NCBI GenBank assembly: GCA_018302815.1
Contig: JAGVZE010000012.1
Coordinates: 6,010-70,009 of the forward strand
Reading direction: 5' to 3'
Source: Candidatus Woesearchaeota archaeon
Lineage (GTDB): Archaea > Nanobdellota > Nanobdellia > Woesearchaeales > ARS49
Length of the DNA: 64,000 nt
Shown here: one piece after another, positions 29,703 to 39,377 of the stretch
Numbering within the stretch: the stretch's first letter is position 1
How the letters are laid out: every line of letters begins with the position of its first letter
Notes under the pieces: model-generated
Database searches by the model: none
Told to the model about the DNA's origin: nothing
What the model saw: the letters and a program-made list of their open reading frames with translations, nothing else
Translations under genes and position numbers: made by a program

Positions 29703-29879
29703 TTAATTTCCTGTTCCGTCTCCTGTTCCTCCGCCGCCTCCTATTGGTGGCGGTGGTGTTGGCGTGGGTGTTGGAGCGGGAGTTGGTGTTGGATCTGGAG
29801 TTGGAGTGGGTGTCGGAGTGGGAGTTGGTGTAGGTGTCGGGCCAGGGGCTGGGCTTGGTGACGGGCTTGGAGCAGGTCC
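29703..29879 (-). repeat. Low-complexity (Pro-Thr/Pro-Ser)n coding tract
   Basis: Imperfect 6-nt periodic tract (GGTGTT/GGAGTG type units on the + strand) encoding the last 58 aa of the lipoprotein. Confidence 0.85.
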
Positions 29880-31175
29880 TGCGTTTGGCGAGCTTGAGTC
29901 GTCATCGTTCATCAGAAGTATTGCTCCGCCGATTGTTGCGGCGGTGGTCACAACGCCGACAGGCAAGGTATACGGCACATCGCCAAGGAAGTGGTTGCTT
30001 GTTCTTCCTGTCGCAAGGCCGAGTCCTTCGTTGACTGTTTGCCTGAATTGTTCTTCGGGCGTGCCAGACGGTTCAAAATCATCGCGGCTAAAGTAGTCTC
30101 TCCATTCTCTTGGATCTATGAAGTATGGTATGCTTACAATTGGTAGTGCGCGGTAGACATTCTCTGCTACTGGGCTTTGATATTGTTCTGAGAATTCTCC
30201 TTGCTGGGCAAGCTCGCGCGTGATGAGTTTTATCATCGCGGCGGCTTCAGGTATTGTGACTTTTTCGCTGTTGTGGCGAAGCGCTGTTGGAAGCAGGTAT
30301 GCTGTTGAAGCGTATGCTTGGAATATGTTGTGTATTCTGCGGTAGTCTTTGGCGAAAAGTTCTCCGAATGCTTGGTTGGTGCTCGCTTTGAGGAATTCGT
30401 AGAATTGGCCGACGTTGGTTCCTTCGAATTCGAGTTCTGCTGCGATTTCAGAGAGGTTAAGCTCGCTTATAGGGGTGGCTTTTACTCGCTCGAACGCTGC
30501 TTGGGCGAGTTGATATTCATCAACGCCGGTTATGCTTTTGCGGATTGCCGCGCTAAGATTGAATGACGCGTCTGCTTGGTCAAGATTTCCTTCTACAAGT
30601 TCTACTAGAGCGCGTGTTGTCGCAAGTTCATATAAGCTTTCAAGTGATTGTCTGTTATATTGTGTGTCAATATTATCTGCTAGTGTTCTTCGTTCGTCCG
30701 CGGTAAGCCCTGCTAATGATTGTTCTAAAGTCAATCGGGTATTGGAATGCGCATCGGCAATTGAGTTTTCTAATTCTAGCTCTTCATAATCGCTATCTGT
30801 GTTTCTTGCTAAACTGTTTTGCAGCCAGGCTCTTGCAAGGTCGTCTCTGGTGAATTCCAGTATGGTTTTATTTTGATATAGAAGTTCTTCTTGTGGAGTG
30901 CTTGCAGTGGTGATTTCAGCAGGTGTGCTGAGTGGAAGCGCGTAGTTTGTTGGCACTCCTGCGCTTTGCGGGTCTAAGAATTGTGTGTATACTCTGTTTG
31001 TCGCATCAGCAAGGGTTCCTGTGTTGACAAATGCTGTGCCTACTTGCTCGCGTGTTGGCTGGTATCGATCGAAGTCGTCGCGTTTTCCTGCCGCGCTGCA
31101 TCCCGCGCTGAATGCTATGAGTGGCGCTGCCAAGTAATATAGAATCCTGCCTTTAAGCGATGTAGTTGTACGCAC
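29703..31175 (-). CDS. Lipobox-containing secreted protein with Pro/Thr-rich C-terminal tail
   Basis: The signal peptide ends in LIAFSAGC (lipobox-like). The C-terminus is [55 protein letters not shown]. The stop is 5 nt upstream of the giant-protein start. Confidence 0.6.
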   Translation of the reverse strand: MRTTTSLKGRILYYLAAPLIAFSAGCSAAGKRDDFDRYQPTREQVGTAFVNTGTLADATNRVYTQFLDPQSAGVPTNYALPLSTPAEITTASTPQEELLYQNKTILEFTRDDLARAWLQNSLARNTDSDYEELELENSIADAHSNTRLTLEQSLAGLTADERRTLADNIDTQYNRQSLESLYELATTRALVELVEGNLDQADASFNLSAAIRKSITGVDEYQLAQAAFERVKATPISELNLSEIAAELEFEGTNVGQFYEFLKASTNQAFGELFAKDYRRIHNIFQAYASTAYLLPTALRHNSEKVTIPEAAAMIKLITRELAQQGEFSEQYQSPVAENVYRALPIVSIPYFIDPREWRDYFSRDDFEPSGTPEEQFRQTVNEGLGLATGRTSNHFLGDVPYTLPVGVVTTAATIGGAILLMNDDDSSSPNAGPAPSPSPSPAPGPTPTPTPTPTPTPTPDPTPTPAPTPTPTPPPPIGGGGGTGDGTGN

Positions 31176-31262
31176 TGTTACCCCCCAATCGGGGCTGACA
31201 GTACCTGCTATATAAAACTTTCAGTTTTTAGTATTTGAGAATAGTAACAAAAAAGAAAGAAG

Positions 31263-31451
31263 TCAGCTTTCGTCGTCCCATGCTTGGACTCCTTCTGAAT
31301 CGTCGGCTTCGCCGGTTGATTCAACATCTTCCTCGTATTCGGAATCCTCGTCCTTGGGGAACTGAGCTTCGATATCATCGAAGGTTTCTTCCTGCTGGTC
31401 TTCCTCTTTTTCGAAGTCCTCACTCACACTGGGTTTTGCCTTCTTGGGCAT
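31263..31451 (-). CDS. Small highly acidic protein (62 aa)
   Basis: MPKKAKPS followed by an almost pure D/E-rich sequence. Starts 13 nt downstream of rpl15e on the same strand. Confidence 0.4.
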   Translation of the reverse strand: MPKKAKPSVSEDFEKEEDQQEETFDDIEAQFPKDEDSEYEEDVESTGEADDSEGVQAWDDES

Positions 31452-31464
31452 TCGTTACCACCTC

Positions 31465-32037
31465 TTAAAGTCTACGGAAATGGGCTCGTCTGCTTGGTCG
31501 CGCTTTTTCTGTGCCGCTTCCTTTGTGACGTAGTCCCCGCACTTTTCTGCCTGCGCTTGTGAGTCCGCGGTTGACGCGTCCGCTATGTTGCGGCTGCGCT
31601 ATCCACGCGATGCGCTGGTCTTTGAGAACTGCAGGGTGTGATTTGTCGACGAGGATGACTTCGTACCAATAATGTTTTCCATCCTCAGCCACGTAGTATG
31701 AGTTTAGCACTTCGCAATTGACATAGTTCTTTCCGGCTCGCTCTTCTGCGATTAGCTGGTAGCTTTTTCGAAGGTTCAATCGTGCACCCATGTTGTGCGA
31801 GTGTCGTCCGCCGCTCCAGTCTGGTCGTCTGTGTGAACCTCTGCTCACTCGCTGGCGTACAATCATGAATCCTTGCTTTGCGCGGTAGCCTAGGGCTTTT
31901 GCGCGGTCAAGTCTTGTTGGGTATTCTACTGGCGTCGTGGAGCCTTCTCGTCTCCACTTCATCAAGTTCTGTTTTGCCATCTCTTTCGGAATGGTGTTTT
32001 TCTTCCACGCGTTGGACAAGTATTTGTAAACTCCCAT
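31465..32037 (-). CDS. rpl15e: 50S ribosomal protein L15e
   Basis: Start refined to MGVYKYLSNAWKK. RLDRAKALGYRAKQGF and WYEVILVDKSHP are hallmark L15e segments. Confidence 0.9.
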   Translation of the reverse strand: MGVYKYLSNAWKKNTIPKEMAKQNLMKWRREGSTTPVEYPTRLDRAKALGYRAKQGFMIVRQRVSRGSHRRPDWSGGRHSHNMGARLNLRKSYQLIAEERAGKNYVNCEVLNSYYVAEDGKHYWYEVILVDKSHPAVLKDQRIAWIAQPQHSGRVNRGLTSAGRKVRGLRHKGSGTEKARPSRRAHFRRL

Positions 32038-32310
32038 GTAATGTGCCGTATAGTGACCCCTTTTTAAAGGTTTCGGATTGAGCTTGATTTGCGCTGAAAA
32101 TCGCGTTGATTCGTCAGAAGAATTTGACGCTCGCGCAGGATTTACAACTGCTGCGAAAATATTCCGCGGAAAAAACTTTTCTCTATAGGCGAAAAATGTT
32201 GGAAAAAGTGTTGCAGGGTTTTTATCCACTGATATCATGCATGCCGCAGTTATTTAAATATCTGACGACACATCGAGAACATTTATTAACTCATATTCTC
32301 TCTATGACCT

Positions 32311-32832
32311 ATGCACAAATCCATTCTTGTTACTGGAATCGCAGGCTCTGGAAAATCAACAGTATGCGCGGAACTAAAGAACTTAGGCTTTGAAGCATAC
32401 GACATTGAGGACTTGCCGGGCTTCTTTGAGATGATTGACAGAAAAACTGGCAAGCCGCCGTTGAAATATGATAATGATGACCTTGCCATAGTGAAACAGA
32501 ATGAGTGGATTTGCGACACAACTAAACTAGAACGGCTCATTTTTAACAATAAAAGCGGGATTGTTTTTTATTGTGGAACGGGAGAAAATCTAAGCAAGGT
32601 GTATTCATTGTTTGACAAAGTCTTTTTGCTGGTAGCGAATAAAACGGTGCTGAAAGAAAGATTAAGCGAGAGGCCTGTTGGTGATTTTGGACGCAAGTCA
32701 GATGTGCAAAAGTGGGTCTTCAGTTGGAAAAAGTCGTGGGAGGATCGCTTGCGTGAAAAGGGCGCCATTGTCATAAATTCTAGCGGCGATCTTCGAACAG
32801 TTACGAAAAGAATTGCTAACTTGAGCAAATAA
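32311..32832 (+). CDS. P-loop NTPase / small nucleotide-kinase-like protein
   Basis: Walker A ILVTGIAGSGKST at the N-terminus, with a ~170-aa kinase-like size. Confidence 0.65.
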   Translation: MHKSILVTGIAGSGKSTVCAELKNLGFEAYDIEDLPGFFEMIDRKTGKPPLKYDNDDLAIVKQNEWICDTTKLERLIFNNKSGIVFYCGTGENLSKVYSLFDKVFLLVANKTVLKERLSERPVGDFGRKSDVQKWVFSWKKSWEDRLREKGAIVINSSGDLRTVTKRIANLSK

Positions 32833-32905
32833 CTATAACAGACTATGCTCAAACAAGATTATTGCATCGATTCAGTTACTGCAAAAAAGTGCGCTTTGCA
32901 CAAAA

Positions 32906-33370
32906 TCAGATTTTTATCGGCGCTTCCTTGAGCGTATTTAGTATGAGCATTGTTTCAGTTCGCTGCACGAAATCCCAGGTCTGTATGTGTTTTAGGAATT
33001 TGTCCATTTGTTTTCGTGTTTTGAACTTGGCAAGTATCAAGCAATCGAAGTTTCCTGTGTGGTCGTATACTGCGGCGACGTTCGGATGGCTGGCTATCCT
33101 GCGCTCCATTTCAAGGAGTTTTCCTTTTGATATGCGCACTTCTATTAGTACTCCGACATCGTAGCCGAGTTTTTCGTAATCGAGCAGCGCGGTGTATCCT
33201 TTGATCATTTTTGATTTTTCGAGCAGTTGTACGCGTTTCATGACTGTCGCGACCGAGATTGAGAGTTTTCGCGCGATTTCTCGGTAGCTTTGGCGAGAGT
33301 TGTCAAGGAGCAGGCGCAGTATTTTATCATCGAGCGGATCGGTGGACGTTTTTTCAGTTTTTGCCATCAT
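32906..33370 (-). CDS. Lrp/AsnC family transcriptional regulator
   Basis: HTH_AsnC (DDKILRLLLDNSRQSYREIARKLSISVATVMKRVQLLE) plus a C-terminal RAM/AsnC_trans_reg domain. Divergent from glnA. Confidence 0.85.
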   Translation of the reverse strand: MMAKTEKTSTDPLDDKILRLLLDNSRQSYREIARKLSISVATVMKRVQLLEKSKMIKGYTALLDYEKLGYDVGVLIEVRISKGKLLEMERRIASHPNVAAVYDHTGNFDCLILAKFKTRKQMDKFLKHIQTWDFVQRTETMLILNTLKEAPIKI

Positions 33371-33490
33371 AATTCAAATAAATTGAGCAATAATATAAAT
33401 TTAATCAAAAAATAGGACAAATGCTCATTTTTTCTTGATAAAGATATAAAATCATTCAATGACATACGTAAAGAAAACGGAGGGAGTGAT

Positions 33491-34879
33491 ATGACTGACT
33501 ATGATGCGATAAAGGAAAAAATTGGTGGCGCGAACCGGGTGATTGTCTCGTTCTCGGATCTTTCGGGAAGGGCGTACAATGTGAGCTTGCTTAACAGACC
33601 GGGTGAAGAGCAGAAGATTATCGACCAGATTGAAGGCTCAATCGTTGGTGGAAAAGTTAAAGGCTATCTTCCAACTGATGGTTCTTCATTTCCTGGTTTT
33701 GACAAGGATACATCTGATAGTGATATGATTATAGCTGCTGATCTTGATACGCTCACTGCGTATACTAGAAAAGAGAAGCTGCCGTCAGGAGGCGTTAAAG
33801 AGGAGAAAGTGGCGCATGTGTGGGCCGACATCAGAAATCCTGATGGGAGCGAGTATGATTGCTGTCCAAGGACTATTTTGAGGCGTGCGGTATCTGCAGC
33901 GAAGGAGAACGGCCTTATTTTCAAGGCAGGTTCTGAGCAGGAGTTTTTCGTGAGCAGGCAGTCTGGAAAGCTCGACCATATTGATGATTTGATTTATTAT
34001 CAGGACGTTCCTGTGTGGCTTGCCGATTGCGCGAGAAACTCTATGCGCGAGCGCGGGCTTGATACAGTATACATACATCACGAGGTCGCGGGTAGCCAGT
34101 TTGAGATTCTTGTGAAGTACAAGGATGCTCTTGCGAAAGCCGATGACTTTTTCGTGTACAAGACGGCGTTGCGCGAAGCTGCTGCGCTTGAAGGATTGTC
34201 TGTCACGTTCATGCCAAAGCCGCAGGATGGCATCAACGGTTCAGGCATGCACGTGCATTGGGGCTTGTTTGATTCGCAGGGAAATAATATCATGGAAGGC
34301 TCTCGCGAGTCAGGATTTTCCGAGAAAGGAGAGGCTGTTGTGGCTGCTCTTTTAAAGCACGCGAAGGAATCTTCGATTGTTCACAACCCGACTATCAATT
34401 CGTATCGCAGGCTAAAGCCGGGTTACGAAGCGCCTACCATGGTTTGCTGGGGCAAGCGCAATAGGACTGCGATGTTAAGAAGGCCGGCTCCGGGAGGCAG
34501 GATTGAGAATCGTGTGCTTGATGGTGTTGGAAGCCCGTATCTTAAATTCGCCGTGATGATTCACGCGAGTTTGCGCGGTCTTGAGAGCCCTTCAGCGTAT
34601 AGCTTGGAAGACCCTGTGGAGCAAAACGTGTTCCATTCGGAGGTAATCCAAGAGAGAGGTCTTGTTGCTGTTCCGCAGGATTTCGGCAAAGCTATAGATG
34701 CTGCGCGTAAAAGCTCTCTTTTGCGTGACGCTCTTGGCTCAAGAGCGATGGATAAGTATCTCTTAATGAGAGAGAAAGAATGGTCTGAATACCAAGACGC
34801 GCTAAGAGAATGCGAAAGCGATAAGGAAAAGGACCGAAAAGGCCTTGAATTAGAACTGAAGAGATATTGGGACGCGTGA
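33491..34879 (+). CDS. glnA: Glutamine synthetase (type I-like)
   Basis: GSGMHVHWGL, NSYRRLKPGYEAP and RIENRVLDG signatures across 462 aa. Confidence 0.9.
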   Translation: MTDYDAIKEKIGGANRVIVSFSDLSGRAYNVSLLNRPGEEQKIIDQIEGSIVGGKVKGYLPTDGSSFPGFDKDTSDSDMIIAADLDTLTAYTRKEKLPSGGVKEEKVAHVWADIRNPDGSEYDCCPRTILRRAVSAAKENGLIFKAGSEQEFFVSRQSGKLDHIDDLIYYQDVPVWLADCARNSMRERGLDTVYIHHEVAGSQFEILVKYKDALAKADDFFVYKTALREAAALEGLSVTFMPKPQDGINGSGMHVHWGLFDSQGNNIMEGSRESGFSEKGEAVVAALLKHAKESSIVHNPTINSYRRLKPGYEAPTMVCWGKRNRTAMLRRPAPGGRIENRVLDGVGSPYLKFAVMIHASLRGLESPSAYSLEDPVEQNVFHSEVIQERGLVAVPQDFGKAIDAARKSSLLRDALGSRAMDKYLLMREKEWSEYQDALRECESDKEKDRKGLELELKRYWDA

Positions 34880-34883
34880 TTAA

Positions 34884-34915
34884 TTTTTGTTTTCTTTTTT
34901 ATTTTAGTTTATTCT
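34884..34915 (+). terminator. Oligo-T rich tract between convergent glnA and polB
   Basis: TTTTTGTTTTCTTTTTTATTTTAGTTTATTCT lies directly after the glnA stop. Confidence 0.5.
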
Positions 34916-37330
34916 TTATTTTTCATACCCGAACAGCGAACTTTGCTTCGTCTCTGACATTAAATCGTCGACGTTGATATTGAGGACTGCGAATATTCTT
35001 TCGATTCCGGGGATTATTTGGTTCTGGATGTAGTATTCGCCGTCATATTCATCTTGCGATGTTTCTTCTGGCAGTTTTACTTTGTCTCTGATTTTTCCTT
35101 TTCCTTTGATGACGACGTATTTGATGATTGAGCCGCTTGAGACTGTCATTCCTTTGGCTTCCATTCTTTGCGCGGCGGCCACGTGCGGGCCTACTGATGT
35201 GTATGTTCCTGTGGCTTTGGTTAGCTGTGTTTTGATTATGACTTTTGATACTTCTAGTTTGTTTTTGCGTAGGGAGTCTATTACTTCGCGCACGTAATTT
35301 TTCGCCTTTTTAGGGTCGTTCTCTTTGAGAATTATTGATAGAACGTTCTGCTGGACTTCTTTTGCAATGTAGCTCCAGTTTCGCCGAACCGTTTCGAATC
35401 CTTTTATTTTGAGCTCTCCTTTTTCGTTTAGGAGCGCGTATTTTTTCTTGGCCCCGCCTTCGCCGGCTTTTAGCGATACGAATATTCCGGATGGGTAGTA
35501 TCCTTCGAAATCAAGTTCCATGAGCCCTGGCAGTTTTTTGTTTATTTCATCCATGAGCGCAAGTGCTTGCTCTTTTGTTTTTTTCTCGAGCAGCAGGAAC
35601 ACTGAGTCAGTATCGCTATACAGCACTGTGAATCCTGCTTCTTTTGCAGTATCGATTGCTTTGTGGATATAGTGCCTTGCCCACGCTGTCGTGCTTTCCG
35701 CGCATTCGATGCAATACCATCTTGCTGGCGCGAATCCCATGTATCCGTAGAAGCTGTTGGCCAGGACTTTTAGCGCTTCTGAACGCGCGGCGAGCAGATT
35801 GTCACTTTTTTTCTTGAGCTGTTTTTTTACTTCGGCGCGTATGAGGATGAGGTCCGAGATTATTGTGGCGAAGAGTCCTTTTCGTTTTTGGCAATACCAG
35901 AACGTGCCTCGTTCTGTTTCTATTTTTGGCGCGTCTTTGCAGCATTCGCAATTGACTAGTCCTTTGCTGATGTTGTGGCTTGCGATGATGCTCGGGTATA
36001 GGCTTCTGTAGTCGAATACGACTAGATTTTGGTAATATCCTGGTTTTGGTTCGTAGACGAACGCGCCTTGGATGCGCTCGCGCATTCGCTCGCCTTCTTC
36101 GGTATGTTCTGGTTTGCTAAGTATTATTTCTCCTCGCTGGTGTGCTTGATTTATCAGGTACCATTCGACGAACATTGAGTATGGCATTCGATTGATGTCG
36201 TATGGAGGCAGCCTCATTATTCGAACGAATTCTATTAGTGTCGGAAGGACTTTTTCCGTGAGTTCGTAAGTGAGCAGTGTGTCTTGCAGGTTGTATTTGC
36301 AGAATGGTTCTAGTTCTTCTCCTCCTTTGTCCCAGACTTTGAAGAAGTGGTCCATGTCGACTTTGTGTTTTTGTTTGCCGAGGAGTTCTTTGGATACTGC
36401 ATCAAGGCTGTAGCTGTCTGTTTTGAGCCCTCTTCCGATGACTCGTTTGATGAATTTGAATATGTCTATGTGCGCGATGCCGGCGATTTTGGCTTCAGTT
36501 TCTTTCCGACCTGCTATTTCAAGTGCGCTGTTATCAAGCCCGAGGTCTAGTTTGACTTTCAGAATCTTCGCTCTCTCAAAAATATAGGGGAAGTCGAATC
36601 CGTCGGTGAAATAGCCTGTTATCATGTCTGGCTTGAATTGGTGTACGAGTTCTACGAATCTTGCGAGCATGTCGGCTTCGCTTTGCACGAATTCTATTGT
36701 TTTGTCTTCGGTCTTGAATTTTTTCCAAGTGATTACTCTTGAGAATTTTTCTCCGTACAACGCTATCATCAATATTGGGTTTTTCTTGAAGTCTAGTTTG
36801 TTGTCAGGGTTGTATGTTTCTATGTCGAGCGCGAGTATTTTGAGTGGTGTTGCTGTTTCATCGCCGCTTTTGATGTTTTTTGCGAAATAGCATGGTACAC
36901 GAAAGTCGCGCGTGGTTTTTTCAGCATCTACTATCACTTGAGTTAGGGGCGTGATTCCTTTATCGATGAGATATCTGCGGGTGAATGGAATGTCGTGTTC
37001 GTATGCTCCTGTGACTCCTTTGATTTTGCGCGCGAGTTTTTGTAGTTCAGGCGCTGCCTTTGGCAGGTTGACGTAGACTATGTGCGCATCTGTTTCTGTT
37101 TCATTGAGATTCTTTTTCGCTTTGACTATGTCTGTGACGACATAATCGTCTTGTTTGACTGCTTTGAGCGCGTCAAGTTCGGGTTTTCCTGTGACGATGA
37201 AATAGGGCTTGAATGAGTCGTCGATCACGCATATTTGTTCGCCTTCCGCTGTTCTGCCGTATAGAAATATGAGCGGTTTTCCATCTTCGATGGAGTACGT
37301 TATATCAACCGGATAAAATTTGATGTTCAT
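34916..37330 (-). CDS. polB: Family B DNA polymerase
   Basis: Start refined to MNIKFYPVD. Exo I LDIETY, Exo II GYFTDGFDFPY, Exo III YNLQDTLLTYEL, Pol A DYRSLYPSII, Pol B KVLANSFYGYMG, Pol C YSDTDS. No intein evident. Confidence 0.95.
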   Translation of the reverse strand: MNIKFYPVDITYSIEDGKPLIFLYGRTAEGEQICVIDDSFKPYFIVTGKPELDALKAVKQDDYVVTDIVKAKKNLNETETDAHIVYVNLPKAAPELQKLARKIKGVTGAYEHDIPFTRRYLIDKGITPLTQVIVDAEKTTRDFRVPCYFAKNIKSGDETATPLKILALDIETYNPDNKLDFKKNPILMIALYGEKFSRVITWKKFKTEDKTIEFVQSEADMLARFVELVHQFKPDMITGYFTDGFDFPYIFERAKILKVKLDLGLDNSALEIAGRKETEAKIAGIAHIDIFKFIKRVIGRGLKTDSYSLDAVSKELLGKQKHKVDMDHFFKVWDKGGEELEPFCKYNLQDTLLTYELTEKVLPTLIEFVRIMRLPPYDINRMPYSMFVEWYLINQAHQRGEIILSKPEHTEEGERMRERIQGAFVYEPKPGYYQNLVVFDYRSLYPSIIASHNISKGLVNCECCKDAPKIETERGTFWYCQKRKGLFATIISDLILIRAEVKKQLKKKSDNLLAARSEALKVLANSFYGYMGFAPARWYCIECAESTTAWARHYIHKAIDTAKEAGFTVLYSDTDSVFLLLEKKTKEQALALMDEINKKLPGLMELDFEGYYPSGIFVSLKAGEGGAKKKYALLNEKGELKIKGFETVRRNWSYIAKEVQQNVLSIILKENDPKKAKNYVREVIDSLRKNKLEVSKVIIKTQLTKATGTYTSVGPHVAAAQRMEAKGMTVSSGSIIKYVVIKGKGKIRDKVKLPEETSQDEYDGEYYIQNQIIPGIERIFAVLNINVDDLMSETKQSSLFGYEK

Positions 37331-37376
37331 AAGAATGCGTGGGCAAAGGGGCTTTTTAAGGTTGTTTGTTGCAAGG

Positions 37377-37745
37377 TTATCGCAATTCGATTTCAGTCGG
37401 CGTGATTTCAAGAAGTTGTTCAAGCACTCCGCGCAGTTGGTCAAATGTGAATGGCTTATTAAGATATGCGTTGAATCCTCCAAAATGGTGCACTTCTTCT
37501 GCAAGCGAAGATACAAGCGCTATTCTGCCGTTCCATCCGCCTCCTCGAAGTTCGTTCACGACTTCAAGGCCTGTTTTTCCCGGCATTTCCAAGTCGGTTA
37601 TTATTGTTCTATATTGCATAAGAATTTCAAGCGCCGGAGGCTGTTCGTAGAATACTCCGTTTATTCCTTCGTTCTCACAGAATCGTTGATATACCTTCTG
37701 AACGTGCATACTATCTTCTATGAATACTACTGTGTCTTCACTCAT
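37377..37745 (-). CDS. Stand-alone response-regulator receiver (CheY-like) protein
   Basis: FIEDS acidic pocket, phospho-acceptor context IITDLEMPGKTGLEVV, and conserved YLNKPF. Confidence 0.8.
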   Translation of the reverse strand: MSEDTVVFIEDSMHVQKVYQRFCENEGINGVFYEQPPALEILMQYRTIITDLEMPGKTGLEVVNELRGGGWNGRIALVSSLAEEVHHFGGFNAYLNKPFTFDQLRGVLEQLLEITPTEIELR

Positions 37746-37827
37746 GTTAAATCAGCCGAGAGGAGGGTATATAAAGTTATCGTCGATAAGAAAAAGCTTT
37801 TTAAATAAACTGTGAAGTGGAAGCGAT

Positions 37828-38334
37828 ATGGATGATATGAGGTCTATTGATGGGATTTGCAGGCAGGTAAGAAAGCCGGTTTCATTACGAGATTTACTTT
37901 TTGATAAAACCACCTGGAAAGAGTACTGGCCGATGCTTGTGCCAATAGAACTTGGCATGATGAACTACGGCGCGGCAGCGGTTTGGTATTTAACGAAAGA
38001 TCGAAATGTAGATGAACTTATAGCGCGAAACACGGACATTGCTTTCGGTTTGGCGATGAGCATTCCGCTTATTGGTGTTATGGTGGTGAGCGCGTTGAAT
38101 AGGACTGGCGCTCTTGCTATCAAAAGGGAGTTTGTTACAAAGCACCTTAACCATGATCATCCGGCGTTCGAGCACAATGAAGCTGCGGTGTATTATTCTG
38201 GCAAGCCGGCGTTGAAAGACTATGTCGCCGGCGCAGTTGACGGCGTGATGACTGCCGCGATTATGATGGCTCCGGGCGCTTTAGTCTATGGCGCGGTGAA
38301 AGCATACGAATCGCTTGAAGGAAAAGTTTTCTAG
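37828..38334 (+). CDS. Membrane protein, unknown function
   Basis: Several hydrophobic helices (MMNYGAAAVWYL, AMSIPLIGVMVVSAL, VMTAAIMMAPGALVYGAV). Confidence 0.45.
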   Translation: MDDMRSIDGICRQVRKPVSLRDLLFDKTTWKEYWPMLVPIELGMMNYGAAAVWYLTKDRNVDELIARNTDIAFGLAMSIPLIGVMVVSALNRTGALAIKREFVTKHLNHDHPAFEHNEAAVYYSGKPALKDYVAGAVDGVMTAAIMMAPGALVYGAVKAYESLEGKVF

Positions 38335-38375
38335 GAACGATATTTATTTAAAACACAAAATCTTTTGTTAAGGTT

Positions 38376-38504
38376 ATGCCGCAAAAAGAGGAAGCTGTTT
38401 CGAAGCGTTGTCCGAAGTGTCATAAAGTTACGTGCGCGTTCGATATTGATAAGACGAGCATCATTTGTTCCTCGTGCGGTTTTGAAGAGAGGTTGCAGAT
38501 ATGA
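38376..38504 (+). CDS. Small zinc-ribbon protein (42 aa)
   Basis: MPQKEEAVSKRCPKCHKVTCAFDIDKTSIICSSCGFEERLQI contains CPKC...CSSC. The stop overlaps the next gene start (ATGA). Below the ORF-track cut-off. Confidence 0.45.
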   Translation: MPQKEEAVSKRCPKCHKVTCAFDIDKTSIICSSCGFEERLQI

Positions 38505-39076
38505 CTGATATCCATAAAGCTCAGCGTGTAGGCGTGTTTGTCGATGTGCAGAATTTGTATTACTCGGCAAGATTTGTTTACAACGCTCACGTGAATTTCA
38601 AGGCTGTGCTGCAGGAAGCTGTGAAGAACAGGACTCTTGTTCGCGCATTAGCTTACGTGATTCGAACTGACGAAGTTAACAAGGAGAAGTTTTTCGATGC
38701 GCTAACGCACATTGGTTTTGAGGTTCGCGCGAAAGATTTGCAGGTTTTTTATGACGGTTCGAAAAAAGGCGATTGGGATATTGGGATTGCGATGGACTGC
38801 ATAGAGCTGGCGCCAAGACTCGATACCATTGTGCTTATCAGCGGTGATGGCGATTTCATTCCTCTCGTCGAGCATTTGAGAAGGGCGCTCGGCTGTCGTG
38901 TCGAAGTCATAGCTTTCGGCAAGAGCGCGAGCGGGAAATTAAAGGAAGCTGTCGATTTGTTCACTGATTTGGATAAAGATGTGAGAAAATACACTATTCA
39001 TCCATCTAAACCAAAGCGGGTTGGAAAAGAAGTTGATACGCATAAAATGGGGGGAAATAAAAATGGAAGTCAGTGA
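38501..39076 (+). CDS. NYN/LabA-like (DUF88) nuclease-fold protein
   Basis: VGVFVDVQNLYYSAR and VLISGDGDFIPLVEHLR...VEVIAF are typical of the LabA-like NYN domain. Confidence 0.8.
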   Translation: MTDIHKAQRVGVFVDVQNLYYSARFVYNAHVNFKAVLQEAVKNRTLVRALAYVIRTDEVNKEKFFDALTHIGFEVRAKDLQVFYDGSKKGDWDIGIAMDCIELAPRLDTIVLISGDGDFIPLVEHLRRALGCRVEVIAFGKSASGKLKEAVDLFTDLDKDVRKYTIHPSKPKRVGKEVDTHKMGGNKNGSQ

Positions 39077-39377
39077 AGCGAATTTTGAGAAAGAAGTGCT
39101 CAAGAGTGAAAAGCCTGTTGTCGTGGACTATTGGGCTCCATGGTGTTCTCCATGTAAGATGATAGCTCCTGTGTTCGAGAAGCTTTCAGGTGAGATGAAA
39201 AGTGTTAAGTTCGCGAAGGTGAACGTGGACGACAACACTCAGCTCGCTCACGATCAGGGCGTGATGGGAATTCCGTGCCTTATAATTTACAAGAATGGCG
39301 AAGAGGCTGACCGCATAGTGGGTTTCCAGGGTGAAGCTCAGCTTAAGCAGAAGCTTACGAAGGTTTTGCAATCGTGA
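39063..39377 (+). CDS. trxA: Thioredoxin
   Basis: Start refined to MEVSEANF. Active site WAPWCSPCK and cis-Pro context MGIPCL. Overlaps the NYN gene by 14 nt. Confidence 0.9.
   Translation: MEVSEANFEKEVLKSEKPVVVDYWAPWCSPCKMIAPVFEKLSGEMKSVKFAKVNVDDNTQLAHDQGVMGIPCLIIYKNGEEADRIVGFQGEAQLKQKLTKVLQS

Noticed and set aside
29764-30096. ORF encoding [17 protein letters not shown]...
   Set aside because: It is the antisense reading of the Pro-Thr tail of the 29703-31175 lipoprotein gene, so it is a compositional artefact.
31208-31468. Alternative ORFs 31208-31423 (-) and 31235-31468 (+) overlapping the acidic 62-aa ORF
   Set aside because: They are K/R/P-rich mirror frames of the acidic ORF. The acidic frame is co-directional with rpl15e and starts 13 nt after it, so it is the more plausible, though still weak, call.
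34916-37516. Extended 866-aa PolB start or an intein in PolB
   Set aside because: The 62 extra N-terminal residues are Cys/Asn/Leu-rich with no homology pattern, and the canonical N-terminus MNIKFYPVD begins at 37330. All polymerase motifs are contiguous, so there is no intein.
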